A stretch of DNA of 64,000 nucleotides from Marsupella aquatica (taxonomy: Eukaryota > Plantae > Marchantiophyta): contig OZ316893.1 of the NCBI GenBank assembly GCA_973895155.1, forward strand, positions 25,904,798-25,968,797, given 5' to 3'. The position numbers were made by a program, and so were the translations under genes. Shown in pieces: positions 40,101 to 53,899 of the stretch. The notes under the pieces were generated by a model. That model saw nothing but the letters and a program-made list of their open reading frames with translations. It was not told where the DNA came from and searched no databases. Numbering within the stretch: position 1 is the first letter of the stretch; every line of letters begins with the position of its first letter.

Positions 40101-43100
40101 AATGTGCAAAAGGAGAATATGAATAACACTATCCCGTATCAAAGAGGATGATCGCTCGTTTTACCGCGATGATATTATCCTCTTCCCGTACTGGACCAGA
40201 ATGGTAACCAATCCTGTTATTCAGTTAGCGCCGATTGCGTAGCGACTTGCCACAGCAAAATTCCCTCTTATCCGTACGGCGTAACTATCATTCGACACTC
40301 CCTATCCGATCGCAGCCTCGTCCGCTCGGATCACCCCGACTTCCTTTATCCAGAGGATAGTATTAGTACCTCCCGTAGAATAGAAGCAACGGGCATCATT
40401 CTGGCCAGTGAGACAACAATGACTGTTCCAAGTCCCGTACTCGGTATCAGGCTGTAGAGTGACTGGCGCTACCCCGCGGCCCCCGGTTGTCCCGGGCTCT
40501 GTTTGGTGTAGTTCCGTGGGGAGTCCAACCATCAGCCGGTGGCGGCCGCAGCTAGGTCAGCAACGGCCCCCTCCAGGGTACGGACTACGGAAAGAAGTAT
40601 AAGGGAAAAATTAGAAGGCCTTCCGTCATTACGCATTTACGGTTGCTTGGAAAACCTAACCCTACACTACTTTGTCTTTTCCAAATTCCATCCCCGGGTA
40701 TTTTTAGTCGCCGGGTTCTCTGCGCCGTTATTGCGTCATGATGATCCTTCTGGAGTTCTGGGCTCCCGGTTCCGGCAAAACGTCACCGGGCCCCGATCCG
40801 AACGCCATCTGCGCGACATCAGTGTTTGTCGCCCCTTTGCAGTCAGTTTACCACGCTCGGTGACTCACCATGTTAACGTTATCCTGTCCCCCTTTCTTCT
40901 GGCCTGTCGCAGCACGTGTCACATCTGGATATGGCCACTCGGTGATCGTCGATCGAAGAATCGCCTTATCCCATACTCCCATAGTACGGACCTGCACTTC
41001 CGTGGACAGGGAGGTTCAGCCGTTGATAATACGTCTACACGCAACGCGAGTTTCGCATCCGAGGCGTGCTTTGATAGCACACCTGCGCCAGGTGGTCCGT
41101 GACTCCAGTTTCCGAAACTCCGGGGATTTTCCAATTGCAGGATACAACCGTAAGTTGAAAAGCGCGCAAATCTGGGGATACCCAATTTAGAAGTCATGAG
41201 AGTTTAATGTGCCTTGCAAATTTGTTTGTCGTCAAACCTACTAAAAGCCAACTCCCTTTGGGTGGCCCCTTGTTTGTGAACACAAAATAATAATAATAAT
41301 AATAACTAATGTCATAATATTATTCAGTGACTTTCATGCCTTTTCATAGATACAAGTGGAGAGATTTATTTGATGGAATCCCAAAATGAGTTATGTTACT
41401 TAACAGGACCCCTGATAGTTTGGGTACATTGAATCAAGGTCAATCAATCCTCTAGGTCCTATCAAATAACATGTTTCAGTTTTTTGCCTGCATCTTTAAG
41501 AGTCGGGAGGGCCCTAACTCAGGGCCGCCCACATGCTTGGCGGCCTTGAGGATTTTTGGTTTTGAGAACTAGGTAGTGTGTTTAGTTAGAACATGTTGAA
41601 CCCCTCTATTGTTGTCCAGTATTTATCCATCCACAAAATTGATTTAAAGAGTTTCTTGTGCCTGACATTTCTGCCAACCATTTATTGTGAGAAATTTTTA
41701 CATTGTTATCATCCCATAGAGAAAACGACAACACCGCTCTTCATGAAATAACAACATTTCAAGGAGCGCCAGAAAAGGCCTCATTGCCTCTTGTTGCCAA
41801 GTGACGTTACTTTCACTCCATGGAGTGATAGAAAGATACCTCATCCCTTCCAGACGTGTCATATTCCTTTTGTGCTACATGGTATGGTGGGAGAATCCCT
41901 CTCATTGTTATCCTTGCACTGTTTTCATTGGTTTAGCTCACAAGCAAGCAGGAGGTAGGTGCAACCATGCAAGAGACAACAACCACTAAAAATGAATTTA
42001 AATGAATTAAGAAAATCACAAAAAACCAAGAAAATGCTATTCTATGCACAGGAGAACGCCAGTATGCATCAACCGCCCCCTAGAAGGAAAAAAAAAAGCA
42101 CTCCATGCTTGTAGCCTCTCCCCAACCTGGATGGGGACCAAACGCACGATTTGTTTTACCGAATTTACCCGCCCAAACTCATATTCCCTCCAGTAGTTAC
42201 AGTATCTCACTGAAGTACTAAAACGGGACCTACCAGAAGAGCAGTACATAGCCAGGTAAGCAATTCGGAGAGGATAAACTCAGAGCGAGTGGATGATAAA
42301 GGTGCCTTTTCTAAATATCAGAGCTATCTCCTGTAACTTCTAGATACTTGCACGATGGGCTGTGGAGTAGTGAGTAGAGGGAAAGTTCGATGGACATTTT
42401 TCTTGTCCGTTCTATGAAAATGAATCAATCAAATATAAAATAAGTAAATTACTGAGATAAGGATTTTGTTTTATTATGTGTTATGATTATAAAATTTTAA
42501 ATATAATAGAATTTCTGTATATCTCACTAAATTCTACTGTACACATGAACTATGACCTACCATGGTATGGATGCATGTGAGATCGAATAGTGAGAATAGA
42601 CGTCAATTTTCCTATATATCCAAGCATGCAATCACGCGCGAGTCTTCACTTCTGTGCATGTAATTTACGCAAGTGCTCAGATTGAAACAATCTGGATGAA
42701 TACTACAGTTAGAGACATTCAATGGTCGAGAAGTCAGGAGACGAAATGGATTTACTCACGAATTTTTGGGTTTACGAAAGTCTCTAATTGGAAAACCCGG
42801 AATTCCTGATATGGATATTTCCTTTTTGGGCGAGTATATCCGCTCCTCGGCCCTGTGACCCTGTCTCTATCGGTGGCTGGCTGGCCACTGTGCGTGCCGA
42901 TAGCAGCCGTCCTACTAACTAGGCAGGATGGGCGATCATACGCGATCTGTCCGTTCCCTCCACTCGCCAGATAGTTCGTCACATTTTCTCTTTTCCGCTC
43001 TCACGCCCTGTGTGACCGACACGAGCTACGAAGTTGGTCTATCTATTTTTCTTACATTAACGTTGAACCGTCAGATCTTCTTCCATTAATGTGCGACCGT

Positions 43101-43102
43101 AC
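37120..43102. promoter_or_regulatory. Clustered CCGTAC/GTACGG (SBP-box/SPL-type) motifs in CpG-rich islands upstream of the OXS3-like gene
   Basis: Sites at 37120, 37219, 37230, 37309, 37901, 40186, 40272 (palindromic CCGTACGG), 40435, 40578, 40984, 43097. Confidence 0.4.
38261..38506. repeat. Two-copy ~126-bp tandem duplication
   Basis: AGTGATT(T)ACCCATGCCTT..GAGACCAACCAA.AACAATGCTGTAATTTCAGGG.ACTTCAAGATGGGCCT..CATGAAATGCACT.GTGCA.GTATGCAAGGC twice. Confidence 0.9.
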
Positions 43103-44711
43103 GATTCTGGGTGAAACACAGAAACACGGTCTGTGGCTGACTGAGAGAACTTGGATGATGACAAAATGGCTCTCTCTATCTTGACGGTACAGGGGTATCC
43201 GGGGCTGGAGCGAGCGAGTGGCTGGAGGGATGAGGGTGCCGCTAAGTTGGCGGCGTGGGAGGGTGGACGGCTGGATGGAGCGGAGAGGGGGGGGAGGGGT
43301 GGATGGGAATTCGGTTCCAACGACGAGGATGATGACGGCTGCTGGAGCTCTGATTCGTCTGCTGCCTCGTCTCGTCTCGTCTCGTCTGGGCTCGTCTCGT
43401 TGGCGTCGGCTTAAATGCTTGTGGATGGGGGGAGTGTGGGCAGCATTGTTGGTGTGTTGCGTTCGCCGTGCCCTTTGAGAGAATCAATATTCATCGAGCG
43501 TTTGTTCGGTCGTTGCGTCGCGTTGGTTTCGTTGCATCGAGATCGAGGAGGAGAGAGAGAGAGAGAGAGAGGACAGCGTGCAAGACAAAAGGAAGGAGAG
43601 GACAACGAGAGATTGAGGCGTATCTTGAACCACATCGCTACAGTGCTGCAGCGGGGGTGCTGCCGCTCGTGAAGGGATTGATTGACTGATTGATTGATGG
43701 AGTGATTCTGAGATTGGGGGAGCGAGCGAAGAAAGGCGACGAGAGACGACGAACTCTGCTCTCGGTACATTTTGCCTTGGCTGCTGTGTGGAGTGAGTGG
43801 GATTGAGTGGAGAGTCTGCTACAGTCGGCGTGTGAGTGTGTGTGATGTGTGAAAAAACGAGAGTTCGTGTCGTGATCGTGTGAGGAGAAGGAAGACGAGT
43901 TCGCGTGCTCATCGTGTGAGAAGAAGGAAGAAGAGTTCGCATCTCCGTCGTGTGAGCGGAGGAGAAGGAGGTCGGTCGGTCGGTCGGTCCCGCTGGGAGG
44001 AAAGGTTAGGAAAGGGAAGGAAAGACGAAAGGAGGGTACTCGTTTTCAACAAGAGGATCAATCGTGTTGTTCTAGAGAAATCGGCGGGGGCGGCCCAAAA
44101 GGGGCGAGGTGTGTAGACAACGCCAAGAGGAACATCCAAACTGCATTTGCTTGTCGCCGCTCTGTTACTTCGCTTGTTCCTCGTCAGCGAACGAGATATT
44201 GAGAGAGCCAGATAAAAGGGAGAGACGAATAGGTACGAGCAATTGTGAGACATTTTTTTCCTTCAAGAGAGAGGGAATCGGATAGAAAGAAAGGAAGGAA
44301 CTGCTTGATTGGTGCAAGTCGTCATCAGTCCTTGAAGATACGTGCGCACAGAGCAGAAGGAGGATGGGGAGTGAGATCTCTTCTTCACAGCAAATCTAAA
44401 GACAGCCAAGAACACAGGTTGAAGGTAACTATCTGACTTGTCCTTGACGAGTTTCGACAGGGAATGAGAATCCTTTTCAAGTGTCCAGGAAGAGTGGATG
44501 CCCGCGAAGGAACATGCGTACGCTGGCGAGACAAGATGGAGGATCCTAGAGATTAGTCTTAGTCACAGCGGAGGAGAAACATAAATTTGCCTCTTCGTTT
44601 CCAAATTATTCATTTGATACGCTTTTGTATAATTTCGGAGATCTGGCAAATACTCAGCAAGCAGATGATCAGTCGGATCTCAAAGAGCCAACTGTCCCCA
44701 TAGGTGCAGAG

Positions 44712-46457
44712 ATGAAGAGAGTTATGTGTAGCAAAATGGCGGTAGCGTACCCGAAGAATGTAGACATTGGGAAAGGTCCCGGGAATGTCTTATACAAAGT
44801 GGGACCGAAAGGTGGCCAGCAGCAGCAATGCTCAGATGGCTCACCGAAAAGTAGCTGCAAAGTGCACCCGAACGCTCTTAACAATCAAAATGACACAGCC
44901 GTGTGGAACATCATAGCTCTCTCCATGTGTCTTCGCCCACAATCACCCGACTCGAACATTTGCCTGGGATCCGCTTCCCCCTTGTCTTCCTCTCCATCTT
45001 TGAATTCTCCTTCCACCTCCGGGAGAACTTCTTCTGACGGGGGAGATAAATTGCCGTCGCCTAGCAGTACAACTACTTCGGGTTCTATATCTAGGAACTA
45101 CTTGGGCCTTGGCGGCTCGTTGAAACGCGGACTGGATCAAGAGCAGAGAAGCCACAGTGGGTGCCAAACAGACAGTGACGAAGAGAAATCCACGGTGTCA
45201 CACTTTGCGGATCAGTTCGGTGGAATTAGAGTTATTCAGACTTATGGCTCCAACAAGGATTCGTCGATGTTGTTTGGCGGACAGTCGCTTGGGGCTGAGA
45301 TGGATGGACCCGAGCTTTCTTCGTCGTCGTCTTCAATTGGAGGTTGTGATGACAGCCCGTGTTCGTCAGGGGAGGGATCCCTTGAGGTGTCTTCTTCGGT
45401 GGACATGGAGGTTGCATCGTCCCTTCGGAGTGGGCCTCTCCATCATATGAGCGAACTAGAAGCTTCTCTCCCTATCAAGTAAGATCTCTATCTCTCGAAC
45501 TCTCTCCCTCCTTAAACAGCGAGCTTTAGTCTAGACACGGGTTGAAGTTTTCTGGAAGAGAAAACTAGTCCCGAGTGAGGGATGATATCCCATTCATTCT
45601 CTTGCAATCCTTTTGATGTTCGAATAATGCCTCCGACACTAACCGTCGAAGGTTGGGAAGGTCAGAGGCAATGAACTCCATGCCGAGGCAGGATTTGCCA
45701 GGAATCTAGAGCTCCAAGAGATTTAAAACTTTCTTATCTCTCTTGTTGTAAGCACGGCATGTACAGCACGTGCTCAAATAACATCGTTGGAGGGGAGAGG
45801 GGGGCGTGAGCTTGATCTTGATAGGATTCTCCTTTGTTCTGTCTTTCTTATTTGTGTCTTTCTTATTTGTGTATGTTCTGGAAGTTCTATCTGGTATACA
45901 GGGAAGTGACTTGGCTATCACTGTGTCACCAAAAGTTCCGGGGCTGAGGTTATCATCCTATGCATATGGGTGTTACATTCGCATCTGAAGTCATGATAGC
46001 CAGATTGTGTCAGCAAGGAGTTTTGTTGATCTGGGCAACTGTCCTGGAGATAATATCTTTTACACAACATCTAACCGTGGCTACGCTTCGACCTTGCAGG
46101 AGAGGATTATCAAGATTCTGGAATGGGAAGGCCAAGTCATTCTCATCGCTAGCGGACGTTTCTTCCATCGAAGAACTGGCCAAGCCTGACAACCCCTACG
46201 CCAAGCGGCGGAGAACCACATTCGGGGAACGGCACAAGTCATTCCCCCCTCTCTCTCAATCATCCACTGCTGGCATCTCCAAGAGACCGCCTTCCAACTC
46301 TGGCAGCAGAGGTGGTCTAGCCATGGCTGTGGCAATGGGCAGCAGACTCGTCCAAGCTCCCGACAAGAATCAGCAGCACTCTGCGTCGACGTATGTGTAT
46401 TCAAGTCGTTCCATGTCTCTGACAGATCTAGGTCAAGCGACCTCCGATGCCGGTTAA
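44712..46457 (+). CDS. OXIDATIVE STRESS 3-like (OXS3/O3L family) Ser-rich protein
   Basis: Exons 44712-45478 and 46100-46457 (GT-AG) join the family motif SSSSIG...EV.SS..SGPLHHMSELEASLPIK|RGLSRFWNGKAKSFSSLADV..IEELAKPDNPYAKRRR and C-terminal SRSMSLTDL. The start codon is uncertain; the first in-frame ATG is used. Confidence 0.85.
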
Positions 46458-49350
46458 GATGCATCCCATACGTTTGTACATCTCTTGGTGTCTTTACTTC
46501 ACACCGTCTTCTCAGTGTGAGGAGCTGAACAGCCTCATATTTTCTAGTAGGCGGAACCAAGGATATGAATGTCCGAGAAGTTCTTCATCTTCCGCAAGCC
46601 AGGAAGGCGATCAATATTTCGTAGAGCCCATTCAGTTAAGTTGGACCCCTCAACCCGCGGGGTTCCTTCGTGGCCGGACAAATGTTTTTTTGTTCTTGTA
46701 TGAGACATGCAAAGGAAAGTATGGTTCAGAAGGTAGCAAACAAAGCAAAGGAAGTGCCTGCGATCTTGAGGGGCACGTTACCATAACCACAGCAACAGAA
46801 AAATTGACAGATGAGATGGATGACATGGCGTGGAAGGTGTCGGACTAAAGCAAGCAGACATGACAAGTACACGAGCCTAGGGCTCCAAAGACAAGGATAT
46901 GGTTTCATGAAGGAGAAACATTGAAGGGGACAAAATGGCCCCTGCCTATATTCATACATCAGTGCACTCGGTCAGCAGAATCAACTCTCCAGCTAGGACC
47001 ATTTAAGTGGGAAAGTTGGGTTCCGTGTTAGGATTAGAAATTGCGCCAGCACGTTCGACCCGTGGGAAAAGAGTTGTAACAATATTCTTAGTTGTAACGA
47101 TTCTTTCAGCTCGTGCAGATTTAGCTCGTTGATGTGTCATTTCCACAGCCAGAATGTGAATCCAGTTGTTCATTCGGCAAAGCAGGCAGGGAAATAGGTA
47201 GGGGTTTTGCGGATGGGGTGAGGTGATGATGATTTGTAGCAAAAGACCAAGGTTAGGGGTAGTTACACAGGTTGGATATTTCCTCCCGGGCAGATTTGAA
47301 ATCCAAGTGATTGATCGGCTTGTTGTTGTAATTTTATGTACTGTTTGGATTTTTCCTTCGATCAAACATTCTGTTGTGACCAACTGGAACCAAACCAGAA
47401 AATTGATCCTCTTACAGTGATCCTCTTACAGTGATGCACTTCTCAATGCACTTCTCAAGTGGATATCTACTCGTGGGCCAATATGGATTTTTGAGATACT
47501 CGTCATAATAGCATGGTTTTCGTCATTCAAAGTGCATATCTCAAGATCGATGGAGTTACGATATTTTAATCACTTTCATTGTCTTACTCCGGTGGTCTTC
47601 CTTGGAGACGTTTAGATTTTATGGACGATGTACCTTTTCGGTGTTTTTTCCAGATGCGCGACATCCAACTCGTCCCTTACTTGATTTGTCCTCTTCTGTG
47701 AGGTGTCGTCTTTCCTGTGTGTCAACTGGATTTAATTGGGGGACGGACTTGTACTCGTGACTGATGTAGGACCACCCAACAGTGCTCTACTTCCGCACTG
47801 TCAATAGACGTGTGCTGTTAATAAATCCACTTTCGTTGGGTCAAAGCCGAAGATCTTTGGGGTTTGTTGTACCGACAGCTAAGGAGGCAAAATACTAACT
47901 AGCTTCTGAACTGTCATTTCCGATTGACTAACCGTCATTTGAGGTCCACACCTTTGAGATTTGCTTGCGTGACATAGAAGGCACCAAAGTGGCTTTTGCT
48001 TGGATTGGACAACCAGCAAATTCCTCCCTGACTCCCTCCCAATCACATGTCCTCATATTGGGGCATTTCACTCGTCTAACGGGGACTCGAGACAAGGTTG
48101 TTCTGCTCCCATTCCACCACAGAGAGAGCGTTTCCCACTGGAACTCTCCGACACCCATTGGACGGACTGATAAGATTGACAAATTCCACGACCGCCACAC
48201 GACTTTACCGTGTCACACTGCGAAAGCACTTTCTCCATCATTCCCGGTCTCTGTTCCAACACCACCACCATCTGGGAGCAAGTCATATGCAGCTACCTAT
48301 TTGGAATTCTCTTCGACTAGAAAGAAAGACGTGTGCAATGACCAAGACGAAAAAATCCACGTCACAGATGTCGTCCTTGGTCAAATCCATAGGGTGACTC
48401 AAAGCTCATCAACTTCGATTCATCAGAAGTTCAGAACTGTAGAGTCACGACCCAGTGCAGGACTTGAGATGGTAGCGCAAGATTCTCCTGGATATGGGGT
48501 CCGACCTTATCTTTGACAGTTCCCAAGAGGCATGTGGGAGTGTTCTCTGTAGGGTGGCATTCTTATCCCCAAGTTTATGTCCTCACTAAAATCTTTAAAT
48601 AGCAGGCTCACATATTCTCTATTCTTTGTAAGGGAGCAGACAAGCACCTTACTGTTCTTTGTAGAGGGGACTCCGATACTTACTATTCTTTGATAGGGAC
48701 TTAATTATTCACTATTCTTTGTAGGGCTTAGAGCCAACTTGCATGTAGCAGCCCTCTACATTGGGGCCCTCAGCACTCCGGGGCCCTCAGCACTAGCAAA
48801 ATAATCAGGAAATAGAAGATCCTGCATATAGCAGCCCTCAGCCCTCAATATTGGGGTTGCAAAACAATCAAGAAAAAGTAGATCTGTTGCCCTGCAACAT
48901 GTCAAGTCCCTCAGTTGCTGTCATCCCATAAAACTTATACATAAGACTGTTTATTTTGAAGTTTGAGGTAGGGAAGTCAAGGGCCAGAAAGTATTCTGTC
49001 CCTTCACCTTGGAACTCCTATTTTTTGTCATGAGTCCTGGCACAGGTGGGGGTTCAAGCATGTAACTCTCGCTTACATATTGGCATGAATCAGGTTTAGG
49101 GCTCTCACATGTGAGTTGGCTCTTAGACTATTGCTTGTATGGCCTCTAGATTCTTGTTGTGAGTCTCCTACTCACTTTACCTCAGAGTTTTAAAATCACA
49201 CCTGCCCATATGAATGGCCCCTTTCCCTGCCTGGCTATTGCTCATTTCATGTCCCCTGGTGAATAGTGTACTGACCATAGAAGTGGAACCCAAGTCCTGT
49301 CCTGCACAAGTCCATTTCTAGTGAAACTGAAAGTGTGCACTGGATAATGA

Positions 49351-49580
49351 GAGCTATGGTTAACCCGTAGCTCTTGTCCGGGTTTAACAAGAATTGATGG
49401 AAAGCATAGAAAATATTCTATTATTACTGGGCTCCAATAGAGAGGGCAAGAACCACACCAAGCTATGGTTAACCCCTAGCTCTTGTCCAGGTTGTTGTGA
49501 TTGAACAAGAATTGATGGAATGCTTAGAAAATATTCTATAATTACCGGGCTCCAATAGAGAGGGCAAGAACTACACCAAG
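49351..49580. repeat. Two-copy ~110-120-bp tandem duplication
   Basis: AGCTATGGTTAACCC.TAGCTCTTGTCC...AACAAGAATTGATGGAA..AGAAAATATTCTAT.ATTAC.GGGCTCCAATAGAGAGGGCAAGAAC.ACACCAAG twice. Confidence 0.9.
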
Positions 49581-50334
49581 GTAGAGAATGATATTTTTAA
49601 GCATTGCATGATACTTTACAGGATACGTCCTTATCCCCTTTTCATACATTCGTCACATCCATGTTGGCTCTTTGGTCGCCTAGGACCTTTTCTTTTGCCC
49701 TTGTGGGTTCTTGATTTTTCTAAACAACCAATCCACTCTCTTAGACAAGAACATGGAAAGATAAGGGAAGAAAGGACACGTGGAAACTCAAAAAGGGAAA
49801 TCATTCTCTCAAACTCAGCAGCAACATGTTTGATTAGATAAAGCTACACATATAGTGAAATGAACAGCTGCAACTCACATGATTGCTTTGAAACATTACT
49901 TTTTTATTCAGCACATCTTTCTTTTCATAAATGCTCATCGTTTTGGGTGTCAACAATTGTTGGTCCATCGAAATCATTAAGTCAAACATTGTGGTCCATT
50001 GGAGCATCAACTTAGACTTTCCAGGACAGGGTATTGATCCGAACATCAGCTGCATGGTCCCAATTCTGGAAATACCTTTTTTGTTCTTTTTTAAAAGGTG
50101 CAACTTTGTGGCCGGTTTTAGTTACTTTTGTAGTTGTTAGAGACTCGGGTTTTTTTGCCTCTTTGGTTTGCTGGGGTATTTCCCTTTTGTTCTCCCTTTA
50201 TTGGGTCTCTTGTCTCCCCGTTTGGCGCTTTTTGTCTTTGATAGGGTGTGAACTTGTTGAAGAGGATCAAAAAACCTCAAGGATACCAAAAAAAAACCAG
50301 GCTTGCTTAAAAAGTAAAAGGGACTGTAGAACTT

Positions 50335-50945
50335 GTCACTTAGGGAATAAGTAGAAAGGGCAAAACGCCAAACCCGGAGACAGGGTCCCAATGGCAAAGC
50401 AGCCCAATGAAGGGGGGCTGTGGGGAGGGGAAGGGAAGGGAGGGGAGGGCAGGAGTGGAAAAGGCCCCAGAAGACCACAAGGTCCAACAAGCCAAGGGGT
50501 CCCCCACAACAGCAAATAACAAAGACAAAAACGAGGAACCTACAAAGACTTTGAGAAGACTAACACCCTAGTGAGTGAAGAACTGAAAAGCCTGATAGAG
50601 TTCCAGAGTAAATAGCATAGGAGAATCGCAAAGTGGAATTTGTTGAGAGACCCTAAAACCAACTGTGTCGGTCCTATGAAGGAGATATAATGTGTGGGCC
50701 CCGCTGAAGTGTTCACTTATCCCAAAGGGAACCAGGTATTGACTTTGTCAAGAGGGAGGGCTATGGGTTTAAAAAGGTGCACACACAGAAAATGATCAAT
50801 CCTATCTCCAGGAACCTTTTTAGTGGAATGCTGACACACAAGATTAGGTGAAACCTGTGAAAGGAGTAGAGTCATTTCTTGATGAGATTCCCTTATCTCC
50901 TTGAGAAAAACGCATGTAAGACATACATTGAAAAATACCATAAAA
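50335..50945 (-). mobile_element. Degenerate LINE-like 3' remnant; homologous copy at ~51245-51485 (+)
   Basis: The minus strand encodes PMLFTLELYQAF, matching PMLFSPELYQVF at 51265 (+); both are followed by pyrimidine-rich UTR-like tails. LINE identity is inferred only. Confidence 0.35.
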
Positions 50946-53899
50946 ATCTTAGTGGGACTGTATCAAATATAAACTGTGGGTTGAGTGAGAGGATGTCAAC
51001 TACCTGATTTTGAAAGTCAGGAAAAAGTGTTCCTCGACATCAGGCACAATGACTTCATAGAAAACAACAATGATTCTACTTTTTGGATTGAGTTGTTTTC
51101 ATTTTAACAAAATCTATTGAGGAACTATTTTAATCTTATAAGAAACTTTGCTTTGAGGAATTTAGAAACATGTAGCAATGACCATGATTATATCAGGCAT
51201 GCATGACTGAGGCGGCTGATTTTAGGGCCTCTAGTCAAATTCCTCCTTGTGATTCCTCCCGTGCTTCCTATGTTGTTTAGCCCGGAGCTCTACCAGGTTT
51301 TCAGTTTGCTGGTCAGTAGGGCTTTAGTACTTTTGTCATTATCCAGGACTTTGGGCTTTTTGGTCTTCAGGTCTTTCCCTTATTTTCTCCCCTTTATCAG
51401 ATCTCATCCCTTTTGGATCACTTCACCCTGTATGGCTCTTTTGCCCTTTGGCGGTGCTAAACATGTTTATGTACTATAAGAAATCACTAGAATATACTAA
51501 ACTGTACTCAAAATCATCTGAAATATAATTTCAAGAGATCAGAGTCATGAAAATATATAGGAAACTGTTCTTTATGTGAAAATAAAGCTTGTCTACTCAT
51601 CTTAGCTAAAATGTACATATCCATAGATGCCATGCAAGCTTAGAAATCCTCTTTGAGAAAGAAGTTTGGGTTGCAAAAGCCTATACTGCTCACCTTAATT
51701 AGTGGGTACTCACACTAATTCAAGAGCAGACTTTTTGGGGCCCTACCCACTAATGATTGGCTGAGATGATTGGTACTCACAGTAATTGTGTTATAACACA
51801 AATTATGCACACACGAAATAGCAGTACTTTGGTCTCAAGAGTGGAAAAAAACTATCTTGATCCAGGTACATTTGATAGTGCAAACAAGTGGAAGACAGGG
51901 CACCTTTAAGTAACCCACAAGTTCCCATTTGAAGTTTCCGTATCACACATTTCATATATAGTGTAATGATCTACACCAAAAAATACAATATTTTTGGGAG
52001 TCTTTCAATGTTCAGTATCATCTCATCAGCTTACCAAAGGGGGCAATCAACAGCTCAAACCACGCTACTTAAAATCAAGATCTAGGTCCCACCAAAGACC
52101 GCATATAAAAATAGTCAATTTTCAAGAAATTACCAAAAAATGGTTTTGGGGTATATATGAGAGTCCTATGACTGGAAGTTAGTGGGAGAGTCTGTAGGGT
52201 AGGTCAACTGTTCAGCTCGCCGGTAAATAAGGATGGATTATAGACAAGAGTTCTCGGGGTTCTGCTATGCAATGGTGCTGATTATGGAAGGTTGCCAGTT
52301 GTGCACAGAAAGTGAAGACATGATGGTCTATGTCTTCATGCATGTTTATAAAAACTACCTTCAGTGCAGAGTTTGCTCAACATTAGTCATCCCACCGAGT
52401 GCCGTAGCGCAGTGGTAGCAATCTTCATTGCGGCAAGTGAAGTTCCAAAGTTGAGCTTGACAAGTCGACCAGCTTTTGCACCAACCCCCATCTTAAAGTT
52501 GGATTTAACAAAAGCCATTTGCACACAAAAAACTGACCCTAGAAAAATTAGGGTTCACGTTCTTATCACCTACATGTAATTGGACAAGAGGGCAACATTT
52601 AAGAGAGAAAACCAAAGGGTTGTAATAAATAAGTTCTTGAGGAACCCTCTCAACTTGACTAACAATGGCTGATTAAGAGCAGGTTCCTGTGACAGGTGTG
52701 ACTTAGTACATAATAATGTTCTTGTAACAGGACATCAGGGGCCATATGGGCCCCCAACGGGAATTTTAAGGCCCCCCAAAGGGAATTTTAACTCAAGTAG
52801 AGGGGCTATTGTTGCTCATAATGACCCCATGCATGTAACAGGGCATTCATATACTTAAAGGCCTAAGAGAAAATTTCAATGTTTTGTTTAGTGAAGTAAA
52901 GAGAAGTTTCATAGTGCCCTAGCAAATCTAGACTGTGCATTCTTCTCCATAAAAGCACTTAAAAATTACAAAGAGAAATATCATGCAGTGCATTGAGATA
53001 GACACTTGCATTCCAATCTTTCCTTAGGAGGGTTCATACTTATCCTTCCCATATAGCATGCTCATCCTGGAACATGCTTTTTGTCTTGTAGTGATCTGAA
53101 AGTAAATAAAATATGAGAGCATAGAAGTGCTGTTATATAAGTAAGTGTCTGCCAAGAAATGCACACTGACCAAGAAAAGGTACAGTCAAACGATGGGTGC
53201 CTTATGAATGACACTCAGGGTGCCTTATGAATGACACTCCTTTCAATAAAAACCATAAACCTAGGAATTAATCCGTGGACCCCCATCCTCATCCAAGGAA
53301 TGTGTGTGTGATGAAGTGAAATTAATTCTCAGCAAGGAGGTAACCAATGGTTTTGAGTCTCTTGGTGGTCTTGGTGTGTGCTTGTACAAAAGAGAACTCT
53401 CAAAAGACAAAGGAGATTGATCTGGTTGAGATGATCTCTCAGGTTTATCAAATGGAAGGTTGAATGTAGAGGAATTGAGTTTTTTGACAGTTTTTGCTTA
53501 CACATTGGAGAAATCATGTTTCTACCATTCTTGATTGATCATTTGTGAGTTACATTGAGCATTACCGCCACAAGACAGACTGGATGACAACACTCAATTG
53601 TTGGTGAAAGAGCACTTGTTGTTTCGATGGGAAGAATGCACAAAATGGACGAGCCATCATTTCATATGAAGGTTTTGTGGTTTTTTTATTTAAGATAGTT
53701 ATTCAACATAAAGGTTGCATTTGGCGTCAACCTGTGTTCAGAGTGAGCTTCAGTTGAAGACTGGAGGGACACAAACAATTCAAGCCAGGAAGTAAGCATT
53801 GCAGACAAGTGATGGTGACATAATTGAATAAATCAATTTGCAACGGCTAAGTTTGTGACGGTGAGGAGATTGTGACATCTCTTAGTCGAGCAAGGGTTG

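Noticed and set aside
36829-41197. ORFs of 100-190 aa in the GC-rich islands
   Set aside because: Overlapping on both strands, no recognisable domain or splice structure; expected in GC-rich non-coding DNA
43057-44436. Many overlapping ORFs
   Set aside because: Generated by microsatellite and low-complexity leader sequence
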